The notes beneath the pieces are model-generated. The model made no database searches, was not told the origin of the DNA, and was given only the letters and a program-made list of their open reading frames with translations. DNA of 64,000 nucleotides from Trichomonas gallinae (Eukaryota), in assembly GCA_008369845.1 (NCBI GenBank), contig MRSU01010312.1:1-64000 (forward strand), read 5' to 3'. Position numbers and translations under genes: made by a program. Of the stretch, positions 1 through 9,933 are shown piece by piece (within the stretch, counting starts at the first letter, position 1; each line of letters opens with the position of its first letter).

Positions 1-31
<31 letters not shown>

Positions 32-566
32 CATTGCTATACTTAGAGAGAATGTTGATAACTATATAGACGCCATTATCTGCTGCATTCATTAATGCTG
101 TTTTGTTATTTTTATCTTTTGCATCAACATCGATTCTGGGAAATGCAAGAAGGAATTTTACAACATCTTGGCGACCTCTGAGTGAAGCTTTCATTAATGC
201 TGTTTGATCCATATTATTTTTGGCATTGACATCAATTCCTGCAACAGAGAGAAGCAGTTGTACAACTTTGCTGTAGCCATTCTCTGCAGCAATCACCAAA
301 ATTGTGTAGCCACTTTCATTTTTGGCGTTAATATCGATTCCAGTAACAGCCAAAAACTGTTTCACAACTTCATAATCATTAATATCAAAGTTTGGAAGTT
401 TGAAGTGATAGTGTAGAAATTCATCGAATCCTTTAGGATACAAACCATATAAAATGTATTTTGTGGGATCAACACCTGATTCAATCATGAAACGCAAGAG
501 AGAAAAATCTTTTAAAGTAATTTCATATGAAACATCACAGTATTTATTTTTAATAGCAAACTTCAT
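1..566 (-). CDS. Ankyrin-repeat protein, open off the window start (gene or pseudogene)
   Basis: Manual minus-strand translation from ATG 566 gives MKFAIKNKYC...GIDINAKNESGYTILVIAAENGYSKVVQLLLSVAGIDVNAKNNMDQTALMKASLRGRQDVVKFLLAFPRIDVDAKDKNNKTALMNAADNG, running into the A-tract at 31..1 without a stop. Not in the ORF track. Confidence 0.8.
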
Positions 567-936
567 GGCTTCAATGTCATTTTCATCACCAATCTTCTTT
601 AAAATCGTTTATGTTGGGTTTTATGATCATGAAAATTGGTTCCTCGCATTGATATAAAATGCAAAAAAATTGATGGAAATTTTATAAATCATAAAAAACA
701 TTTTTATTATTATAACACTCTTATAATTCACCAATATTAATAAATGATAAGTAAATTTCGGCAAAATATTTAATAAATTAAGAATTTAATAAAGAATTTC
801 ATGAGATTGTCAAGATAAGAGGATTGTCAATATATTCCTGTATAGATTCACTTTTTCCCTATAAGCATTGGAAAATCGTGCTTATTATAAAAAAAAAAAA
901 ATCAAATTTTGAACTACAACAAAAAAATAACAAGTT

Positions 937-1995
937 TTATATGATAACTTTCGCAAGGGTGATAAAAGCATTTGACGCATTGACAGTTTTGTATGGTGAA
1001 ATGTAAAATTGTGATAATTCAGTATCAGAGTGAACAGTAACTTTTTCTGCAAGCACTGACATATCTGTAATAATGACGTTGTTGCCTATTTTGTTTCTCC
1101 ATCCAATGATACTGTTATTTATATTACATTCGCTTCCAATTGAAGTATTGCTGTAAATAACGCAGTGATCAAGTGTAGTATTTGCTCCAATTTTACAGTT
1201 CGGCCCAATTACGACGCAATCACCTATATGGGCGCTAGGATCAACCTCAGCAGAAGGGTCAATAACAACGCTTTTGCCCTCTGTGAAGTATCTAACTCCC
1301 GTGATCAGGTCCTGCATTTCTGCAAGTCCTAGATATACTCCCGGATATTCGTAAGCAAAGATTTTGTTCTCTGGAATCAGTTGAGATAATAAATCGTTAC
1401 CTAATTCGCAATATTCATTAGATATTCTGTTGATGAATTGCGGCTCAAAAACCGCGCATCCAGCATGTACTAAACAATTACGCTTTTTCGCGCCCGGTTT
1501 GTCATTAAATGCTGTAATTGTTCCATGTTCGTCTTCTTCGATAACATTGAGGAAAAAGCAGTCCTCGACGCGTGTTGATAACAGTGTCGCTTCGGATTTG
1601 TGCTTAACGTGAAAATCCACGAGATCTTGCAAAGGAAAAGTTGTTAAACAGTCGCAAGACAGAACAATAAATCGGTTTCCGTCTAGGTACTGCTTTGCCT
1701 TTAGAATTGCACCCGCTGTGCCAACTTCTTCTTGTTCTATCGACAAGTGAATTTCAACTTTTGGGTGCTTAGTCGCGTATTGCTTTACAAACGTTGCTAC
1801 ATCATTATGGCATTGATTTATCGATACAATAATTGATTTGCAATGGATTTTTAAACTTGCGTCCAATAAATATTGTATTAAAGGAATATTGCAGAATTCT
1901 ATTAAAGGCTTCGACCTTGTGAACGTCAAAGGTCGCATTCTCGTGCCATAGCCGCCAGCCAATATCAAAACAGAAAGAGATGAACAGTGATTCAT
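937..1995 (-). CDS. Mannose-1-phosphate guanylyltransferase (GDP-mannose pyrophosphorylase) family
   Basis: LILAGGYGTRMRPLT..SKPL nucleotidyltransferase signature, E..GTAGAI, and C-terminal hexapeptide beta-helix (IGDCVVIGPNCKIG). Confidence 0.88.
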   Translation of the reverse strand: MNHCSSLSVLILAGGYGTRMRPLTFTRSKPLIEFCNIPLIQYLLDASLKIHCKSIIVSINQCHNDVATFVKQYATKHPKVEIHLSIEQEEVGTAGAILKAKQYLDGNRFIVLSCDCLTTFPLQDLVDFHVKHKSEATLLSTRVEDCFFLNVIEEDEHGTITAFNDKPGAKKRNCLVHAGCAVFEPQFINRISNEYCELGNDLLSQLIPENKIFAYEYPGVYLGLAEMQDLITGVRYFTEGKSVVIDPSAEVDPSAHIGDCVVIGPNCKIGANTTLDHCVIYSNTSIGSECNINNSIIGWRNKIGNNVIITDMSVLAEKVTVHSDTELSQFYISPYKTVNASNAFITLAKVII

Positions 1996-3094
1996 AATTT
2001 ATATATAATAAAATTCATTCAGAAATAATTCAATGAGCTTCACAATTATTTTGTACACACACTATCATATATTAATCGATATTATCACTAAATATTTTTT
2101 GAGATGTTTACAAAAGAAATTTTATTTATGAAATTATATTTAAATTATATGGATTATTATGTTTGGTTCAAATTCAATTTATTTTGAATACTTTACATTG
2201 ATTTACACGAGAATATAACATATCTAATAACATTAGCTTTTAATGTTTTTTCGATTTTTGTAATTGAAAGAATTACAAAATATTCTTCGATTAAATAATA
2301 TTATTTAATATTATATATTATCTTATTTAAAATTTGGGATGTTTACATTTATGATTATTCAATGTGAAGCACGTTTTAACTGTTTTTATCGGCATCTAAA
2401 AGATAATTCGATTTCTAGGATGAAATTCTCAATTACTGTCAGTGCAATAACCAGAAAAACTAAAAGAAATGGTACCATATGTGATTCCTCTTTGCTGAAC
2501 AACATTTGGGGATCGAAAGCTTTGCTGTATTCAAGGATTAAGCTTATAAGATGCATATGATGATAAAATGAAGACCACAAACTGTTTTTATTTTTTTTCT
2601 AATCAACTCATTGTTCCAGTTCGTTTTCTTAGATGTTAATCTGCACTTTTATATCACTCAGCTACATTATCATGCTATTTAAAATAGAGTATTTTTGGTT
2701 TAATAATTTGAATTTCTAAAAATGTCTTTTTGAAACTAACAACTATTATCAAAATACTATTTTGATTCAAATTATATAAATTTTATGATTTAAATGGTTC
2801 AATATTGTATAATTGATTTTATCTCTTATTATTTTTTTAATGCATGTTGATTTTTAGCATTAATCAATTGATATAATACTATGTGCACATACAATGATAT
2901 AATTAGACTGTGAAATAGTTATAAGTTTAGAAACCATTCAGATAATAAACTTTTTCGATTTTTTGTTCATTGAGCAATATCATCATGATTAAAAGTTGTA
3001 CTACATAAAATACATATGATTCTATATTAGCCAATCATTGATTTTAATATAAAAATAAATATTTCGTATTCAAACACAATTTATTATCAATTAT

Positions 3095-4138
3095 TTAATA
3101 TGAATCGCGTCTGTTGCCTCTATTATATCCTCTATCATTGTAATTCCTTTCATTTTGATTCCTATGATAATTTCGATCATTTTGATTACGTCTTCCGTAG
3201 TCATCTTGGTCTGGTGATGGATATCTTCTTCTATCTGATTGGAATCTTTCTGGTTGCGGGTAATCATGTCTATCTTGATTCTGAAAACTTTCTGGCTGCG
3301 GATATTCTCTTCTTTGGTTATCATAGTAATCATGTTGTGGGGAGCGATCTCTGCTATCATTGTAGTTATATCTATAATTTCTATTCTTTTGATTATAAGA
3401 AAAATCTCTGTCTCTATCTCTGTGTCTATCATAGTTAGAATCGCGATCACGATCTCTATCATAGCCTCTATCCCTATCTCTGTCATATCCTCTATCTCTG
3501 TCTCTATATCTTTGATTCTGATTCTGATTTCTTCCATTTTGTTGATCTTGATGAGACAAAGATGAATTTACAGGAGAATGCGTCAAATGGCACATTTCTT
3601 GCACGTTTCCTGATGGCATTATCGGATGAATAAAGTTGCATTTCTCTTTATGCGGGCAAGAAGTTTCTCTAAACTGGCGACAAACAGCAGCATTGAAATT
3701 GACAACCGGAGAAAACTGTACGTCAATTGGCCTTCCGCCATAATATCTTCCCCTTAAGTTGTTATAAGCAGCGATCGCGTTTTCGAGATTTTCGTACATT
3801 ACATATACATTTCCAAGTAAGTGTTCGCATAGATTCCCAGAAATAAGTAATTCCGAAATTACGCCAAACGTTCTAAGTTCTTCAAAAATATCAATATAAA
3901 ATTCATTGAAATTGTTTCTAATTGTTTCACCTTCAATAATAAGTGTATCTGGTGGTAGGAGTCCAATGAAATAATAAGGATTTTGATAAAAATTCGCTAA
4001 AAGTAAAGTATTCGAAACCTGTGGCTTGATATGCATCCTTGAACATATTTCTCCATGCATGCACGCGCCTGTTCTCTCAAAAAACGAGCAGTATATCTGA
4101 TCTTTTTCAGAGCTTGCTCGTGATTTTTGCGGTCGCAT
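3095..4138 (-). CDS. U2AF1: U2 snRNP auxiliary factor small subunit (U2AF35)
   Basis: CCCH finger CSFFERTGACMHGEICSRMH, UHM/RRM with HLLGNVYV...GRYYGGRPI, second finger CRQF...CNFIH, and an RD/RY-rich tail. Confidence 0.92.
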   Translation of the reverse strand: MRPQKSRASSEKDQIYCSFFERTGACMHGEICSRMHIKPQVSNTLLLANFYQNPYYFIGLLPPDTLIIEGETIRNNFNEFYIDIFEELRTFGVISELLISGNLCEHLLGNVYVMYENLENAIAAYNNLRGRYYGGRPIDVQFSPVVNFNAAVCRQFRETSCPHKEKCNFIHPIMPSGNVQEMCHLTHSPVNSSLSHQDQQNGRNQNQNQRYRDRDRGYDRDRDRGYDRDRDRDSNYDRHRDRDRDFSYNQKNRNYRYNYNDSRDRSPQHDYYDNQRREYPQPESFQNQDRHDYPQPERFQSDRRRYPSPDQDDYGRRNQNDRNYHRNQNERNYNDRGYNRGNRRDSY

Positions 4139-4617
4139 TATTAAATTTTGTCATGTAAATTATAAATATGTTATGTAAAATCAATATTTGACATGTAATT
4201 TGGATTAATTCAAATCAAAATTGTTCGTTGACTTGTAAATAATAAAAATGATATGTAAATTTATAATTTTGTCATGTAAAATACAAAATTGTTATGTAAA
4301 ACTAATATCTGACGTGTAAATATAATGTAAAATTTGATTTGTCATATTTTTATAAAATTCAGAATGATTTTACAGTTATCGAAAAACCAGCTAATTTTTA
4401 CAGAAAGTAATATATTTTAATAAAAGATATGGACTCCTTGACTTCATAGGTAATATGTGACTAAAGATGAAATTGGAATCTTTAGTATTTGGTGTGATTT
4501 CGAAAATTTTTTTAAATGATGATAATTTGTATGTTTTGATTTGTAAAATATTTACATGACAAAATTCTAACGTGTCACTTTTGAGCGATATGTAAACCGA
4601 CACTAAAAAACATAGAA

Positions 4618-5214
4618 ATGGAAAATAAATTCCACTTCGGTCTTAAATGCGTAGTTATAGGACAGACAATCGACTTGATGAAGAAGTTTGTCGAATCTGT
4701 ACCAGGTGTTGAAGTAGATCCAGCAGAAACTTTCAGATTCCTAAAAGTTTATACTTTCCCGTTATACGTTTCTGATAGTTTGATTCTTAGAATAGATCTT
4801 TGGGCTCTTCCAGATGATGTCCGCCAAAGAGGTGATGCACAACTTCTTTGCTGCGATGCTTCAATCGTTTTTTATGTAGCCGAAGCTGAAAACGATCTTC
4901 TCAACATTCTTTCATTCTACCACCGCGATATTCGCTCTGCAAACGCACAATGCAAATACATAGCATGCGGAAATCTTTCAGAAGATTCCCTCGCTGCTTT
5001 AGGAAAAGCAAGTGGCTTTACAGTCCAGCATATAGAGAATATGGAGCCAAGCCAAATTGCTTTCGTTTTCAAAGGTGCTATTGCATCCGTTATTAGCGAA
5101 ATTCCAAATCCACCAGATCCAGTTTTTATGTTGCACAAGAATATTAAGCTTGGATCATTACTTCTTGATGATCCATCATATCGCCGCGCTCTCAGACCAA
5201 GTTTCCCACAATAA
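4618..5214 (+). CDS. Divergent Ras/Rab-like small-GTPase-fold protein with degenerate G motifs
   Basis: LKCVVIG, RIDLWALP and DASIVFYV segments follow Rab spacing, but GKS/T, DTAG and NKxD are absent. Confidence 0.55.
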   Translation: MENKFHFGLKCVVIGQTIDLMKKFVESVPGVEVDPAETFRFLKVYTFPLYVSDSLILRIDLWALPDDVRQRGDAQLLCCDASIVFYVAEAENDLLNILSFYHRDIRSANAQCKYIACGNLSEDSLAALGKASGFTVQHIENMEPSQIAFVFKGAIASVISEIPNPPDPVFMLHKNIKLGSLLLDDPSYRRALRPSFPQ

Positions 5215-5512
5215 TTATTCTTTATATACTGTTATATAAAACGAAATTCAACAAATTTGCTGCTATCCAATCATATATTTGTTGATAAAGTGTCAAATTT
5301 ATTGTCTAATATAATAATATTGAAATTATAATCTATTTTCGATTATTTTTAATATTAAGCAATCATTATATTTTGTGCATAATTCCGAAAACTAATCAAG
5401 GAATCTGCACTATTCTTAGAATAGATTAGAAATCAAATCAAAATTTAATATGAAAGATATTTGATCAAAGAAAAGAATTCCATAATAAGTTTATTCTTAT
5501 GCAGAATCAATG

Positions 5513-5602
5513 GGGTATCCCAGGAAATGTGAGAAGGAGTTTGACAACATGATGATAATCCATTTGTGAAGCTGTAATCTAAGCTGTTTTATTGTTCATG
5601 TC
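5513..5602 (-). pseudogene. Ankyrin-repeat relic
   Basis: Minus strand reads DMNNKTA*ITASQMDYHHVVKLLLTFPGIP: one ankyrin repeat with an internal stop. Confidence 0.65.
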
Positions 5603-5793
5603 ATGAATCAAAAAAATCATCAATCTTTGAAAGCGTGGTAACATAGCTTCTTCAGAAATAGATGAATGATCCGAGTTGTTTTGACAGGTCGAAAAAATTG
5701 TCAAAAAATTGAATTGGTGCCGGCCCCTTTTATAAATAATAATGTCACTTTTTTGTAAAGTTAACGTCAAAAAAACAGAAAAATCTTTTAAAA

Positions 5794-7797
5794 ATGTCGA
5801 GTGCTGTTCCTGTTCCTAACTACTCTGCAGACTTCTTCTACACACAGCATTTGCTGAGATTGCAGCTCAATGCGCCTTCTTTGAAGATTTCTGAGCTCTC
5901 CGATATCAATTTAAAGCCCATTCAAGCACAATTCGAGAAATTCGTCCAAACTCACAACCCTGCGAATGTTGTCGATGTTTTCATACCAGCATCAGAAGTT
6001 CCTCAAAAGTTAACTGATGTCGCAAGTTATGGAATTCGCGTTTCTCCAATTGATGGACTAGTTTTCAATCTCAAAAACATCAAAATCGATAAGTCTGGTG
6101 CTGAAAACGAATTCTATCACGCTAAAATCGCTTTAGGCTCTGTTTTCAATCATCAAGATCCAAAAGCACCGATTGATAAGGTTCAATATCTCACAACCAA
6201 GCTTACAAAGGAAGGAATTCCTCTTGATTACAACTCTGCACGTATTAGCGAAAATTCATATATAATTTTCGGCCAAAATCAAATAAACACTGTCCATCAC
6301 ATCAAATTCGTGTGGGATGAGAAGTTTGAGACAATCTCTCCATCAAAATCTACTTGCGATAAGTGCCATAACCACAATGCAACAATTTACTGCGCAAACG
6401 ATCGCTTTAAGCTTTGCCAGAGGTGTGACGCAAATCAGCACAAGTTACAAGAAACTAAAGACCATAAGAGAGGTCCAATTGAGGCCGGTTTACTCCAAAA
6501 TCAAGATTGTCCAGAACATCCTGGAAATCCAGTCCAATACTACTGTCCTAAATGCAGACTCCCAATTTGCGTTACTTGCAAAGTCCAAGGAACTCATTCT
6601 TGCAAAGAATTTTCAAAACACAAATTAGTTCCAATCGATCAGGCATTCAAAGCAGGACTCATGGAGGCTACTGAGCCTACAACAATTTTAACACAGCGTC
6701 GCAATCTCCTTGAATCTGAAATCAAGAAGAAAGAAGACGAAATTGAGTTAATCGCTAAGAATCTTAAGGAAACAGAAGATGAAATCATGAGATTGGCAAT
6801 GAAAGCAATCCATGAAGCTCGCGCACTCAGCTCTCAGCAAGCAAATCTCGTTAAATCTGCAAAATTAGAATTAATTCGCAAGAAAGATGATCTTCAAAAG
6901 CAGGAAACCCTTCTTTTGAAGTATGTTGAAGATGGTGAACCAGTTCCTGTCCTTCAAGCAATCAAAGATAATATTGCTCTTGAAAAATCACTTAAAGACA
7001 ACAAGGACATTCCAAGAGAAATCGGACCAGTCGGAGACCTTGAACTTTACGGCCAGCTTGTTGTTAAGCCGCGTGAAATCCCGAAGAAATTCGGTTCAAG
7101 TGTCGTTTCTAACAGAGAAGTTCCACAAGAGTTTTCCGACGACGAAACAGCAGAAGAAGAGGACGAGGATGAAGACAGCATGCCGCATATATCATCACTC
7201 CAGAAGATCGCACAAAGAAAACAAGCGAAATTCGACAAATCCGGAGTCAAAATCAATTTTGTTCCATTCCAGGACTCAGAAATCCTTGAGACAGACGAGC
7301 AGAAGAGAGTATTGTACCTCTGCCTCCCATTCAAGGCTGTCCCGGAGCCGCACATCCTTTACTCATCGTCCATCCACGGCAAGACAATGAAGGCGCTGCA
7401 CGAAAACGTCGACAATGTCGGCATCACGTGCGTGATTGTCAAATGCGGCAAGAACGTTTTCGGTGGATTCGCAGGATCTAAATGGGTCCCTGATGGCAAC
7501 GCAAAGCGTGACAAGTCATCGACATTCCTCTTCCAGCTCACGAAGGACGCATACGTGCCATTCGGAGGCCAGAGCGAGGACAAGTTATATATGGTCGCGA
7601 CAGAAGACTACATCTCATTCGGCGGCGAGGATCTGAAGATCAATGGTCAGCAGCTTGAAAGCTGCTCATCTGCCATCGAGAACTCTTTCGGAGTTGGCCT
7701 CAAGTACGGATCAAAGGCTGCCAAAGAGTTCCTTGCTGGAAAGCACCAGTTCAAGCCAGATTGTGTCGAAATCTGGGGATTCTTCTCTCCAAACTAG
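5794..7797 (+). CDS. Tandem B-box zinc finger, coiled-coil and TLDc protein; possible inactive PARP-like N-terminus
   Basis: B-boxes CDKCHNHNATIYCANDRFKLCQRCDANQH and CPEHPGNPVQYYCPKCRLPICVTC, a heptad region, and TLDc motifs LYSSSIHG...VFGGF...FLF...EIWG. Confidence 0.85.
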   Translation: MSSAVPVPNYSADFFYTQHLLRLQLNAPSLKISELSDINLKPIQAQFEKFVQTHNPANVVDVFIPASEVPQKLTDVASYGIRVSPIDGLVFNLKNIKIDKSGAENEFYHAKIALGSVFNHQDPKAPIDKVQYLTTKLTKEGIPLDYNSARISENSYIIFGQNQINTVHHIKFVWDEKFETISPSKSTCDKCHNHNATIYCANDRFKLCQRCDANQHKLQETKDHKRGPIEAGLLQNQDCPEHPGNPVQYYCPKCRLPICVTCKVQGTHSCKEFSKHKLVPIDQAFKAGLMEATEPTTILTQRRNLLESEIKKKEDEIELIAKNLKETEDEIMRLAMKAIHEARALSSQQANLVKSAKLELIRKKDDLQKQETLLLKYVEDGEPVPVLQAIKDNIALEKSLKDNKDIPREIGPVGDLELYGQLVVKPREIPKKFGSSVVSNREVPQEFSDDETAEEEDEDEDSMPHISSLQKIAQRKQAKFDKSGVKINFVPFQDSEILETDEQKRVLYLCLPFKAVPEPHILYSSSIHGKTMKALHENVDNVGITCVIVKCGKNVFGGFAGSKWVPDGNAKRDKSSTFLFQLTKDAYVPFGGQSEDKLYMVATEDYISFGGEDLKINGQQLESCSSAIENSFGVGLKYGSKAAKEFLAGKHQFKPDCVEIWGFFSPN

Positions 7798-8319
7798 AGA
7801 ACAATTTAATGTTAAATAATGTCTTTATTTCTTATACTATTCTATAATAAGCAAAATCACCCTAAACTATCATAATGAACTGCAACTCTCTCAAAATCCT
7901 ATTGTTGAGAAACATGAATCCGATATGAAAAAAAAAGATCTATATAATAAACATCTTTTTATGATGAATTCATGCCAATCTCATTGGAAATAAAGGTTCC
8001 TTATTCATGAAACCGCTTCCTTATTCGCGCCATTTTAACTTAGAATTAATAAAGTGAATTATTTGATGAGCATAATATCGTTCTGCGAGTTTAATAACTG
8101 CACTATTATATCATTAAAATTTGGTAGTTCTAAGGTGGCCTCTCATTTGATAAATTAATAAATATAAAAATCAATTTTTAGAAGTCGTCTTTATAAACTA
8201 AATAATTGATTGAGAACATCAAAACCAACTTTTTCAGACATTTTATGATTAATATCATATGTAATATTGAGTGTTATTATAGTCTCTATTTGATATATTT
8301 TATAAAAAACAAAACAAGA

Positions 8320-9603
8320 TTAAAAATCAATAACGAATTGGCCATTTGGCCCCATATGAGTATTCACGTTGGAAATAAAGGCTCCAACATTTCCAATCAG
8401 ATCAAAAATCCAATTGCCGAGGTTTGGCATGAAGCAAGTAACGAGTGTCGAAGGCTGTATGCATAAAGCTGCGAAAACAGACTTCTCGTCAAACAGCCAA
8501 ACATGTGAAGCACTCTTGAGATGGTTTATGTATTCATCCCTTGGTGTGTTTTCGTCTATATACACTTTCTCGTTCTTCGACGAAATCGCCTCCAAGTATT
8601 CATTAAGATTCGTATACAAGTACATTCTCGACGATTTGATTATTACTGTTAAATTCTTCTTCGGCACATTCACTGGGAAGACTTTCCTGACATTGGTGTA
8701 GTTCCTGAAACTGCTTGTTGGTACTTCATTCTGATGGAAGCATTTGTTGGTCGAATCCATCATTTTAACTGATGGTATTGCAGACAAAATATGATTCAGT
8801 GGTGACTGGATTTGATATATAACAATTACAGGCGCTGAAAACCCTGAAGTTGCGATTTTATTAATTATCGGTAAAACTGTGTAGTATAATGTCTGCTCGC
8901 TGTTATCTGTGATGAAGTAGATAGGATGATTCTCTTCTATTAATGGATAGTAATACTTTTTCCTCACATCTTCTTGACATGTTGCAAAATCATTTCTGAA
9001 AGCGATCAATGAATGTGAATAAGTGAGATCTTCATATGCATATGTCGTTAAAACATTATTTATGTAGCAGAAATCCGTAATTTCTGGTTCTTCATTTTTT
9101 CCATTAACCCAGGACTTCTTTGGAAGCAAATAAGATATAGGATCGACAAACATTTGTTCTTTATATACTGATAATTGATTTACAACTATTTCAAACTTTG
9201 AATCTGCTGCTTGCGAAACAACTATGTAAAAAGTGATATTTTTTGGGTCTTTCTCATTGAAATCCCAAAAGGTTCTACTTGGAAAATACGTTATAAAGTG
9301 TTTTGAAGTGATTTTAACTGCTAATTGTTGCAAGAAATGATTTAGCGAGCCTCTGAATATGAAATCTGTTGAAATACTGACGTCAATTCTGTTTGTATTA
9401 CGAACTACTTTAATATCTTTAAGTCCTGATGATTCGTTGACAGATAATGGTAATTTTGCAATTTGTTCGAATTTGTCGCAATAAGTATTAATTCCAGCCA
9501 TTAAGCAAGCAATAAATATGACAATAGCAACATGTATTGGACTCAAATTTGAAAAATTATAAGTTTTCGCATGGCCGTCGTTGAACATATATATTTTTGT
9601 CAT
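8320..9603 (-). CDS. Type II membrane protein, possibly divergent glycosyltransferase 61-like
   Basis: 427-aa ORF with N-terminal TM (VAIVIFIACLMAGI); the C-terminus weakly follows the GT61 pattern. Confidence 0.5.
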   Translation of the reverse strand: MTKIYMFNDGHAKTYNFSNLSPIHVAIVIFIACLMAGINTYCDKFEQIAKLPLSVNESSGLKDIKVVRNTNRIDVSISTDFIFRGSLNHFLQQLAVKITSKHFITYFPSRTFWDFNEKDPKNITFYIVVSQAADSKFEIVVNQLSVYKEQMFVDPISYLLPKKSWVNGKNEEPEITDFCYINNVLTTYAYEDLTYSHSLIAFRNDFATCQEDVRKKYYYPLIEENHPIYFITDNSEQTLYYTVLPIINKIATSGFSAPVIVIYQIQSPLNHILSAIPSVKMMDSTNKCFHQNEVPTSSFRNYTNVRKVFPVNVPKKNLTVIIKSSRMYLYTNLNEYLEAISSKNEKVYIDENTPRDEYINHLKSASHVWLFDEKSVFAALCIQPSTLVTCFMPNLGNWIFDLIGNVGAFISNVNTHMGPNGQFVIDF

Positions 9604-9933
9604 AAATTGACAAATAAACTATTTATTTGGTATAATGTCAGATTTTTCCAATAACCTTGAAATGTAAACTAAGAAAAGTGCAAATTATGATTATTTTCAA
9701 TTCAAAATTGAAAAATTTACAAATGAAAATTGACATAATTTGTAAACTTTATTTTTGGTAAATTGCCAAATAAATAATTTTATTTGGCAAATAATATGTG
9801 TTGACGATTATTCTTGATTCAAAAATAATTATATGACAAATATAGTGATTTTATTTGGCAAAATATTTACAAAAACTTTGAAATGTAAACAAAAAAATTT
9901 TGCTACACGTTGTAAACTCTATTGTTTTTCGAA

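Noticed and set aside
2339..2580. Short ORFs in the 2.0-3.1 kb spacer with faint ankyrin resemblance
   Set aside because: Too degenerate to support either a gene or a relic.
3091..3565. Overlapping ORFs of 108-148 aa on both strands
   Set aside because: Shadow frames of the repetitive U2AF35 tail.
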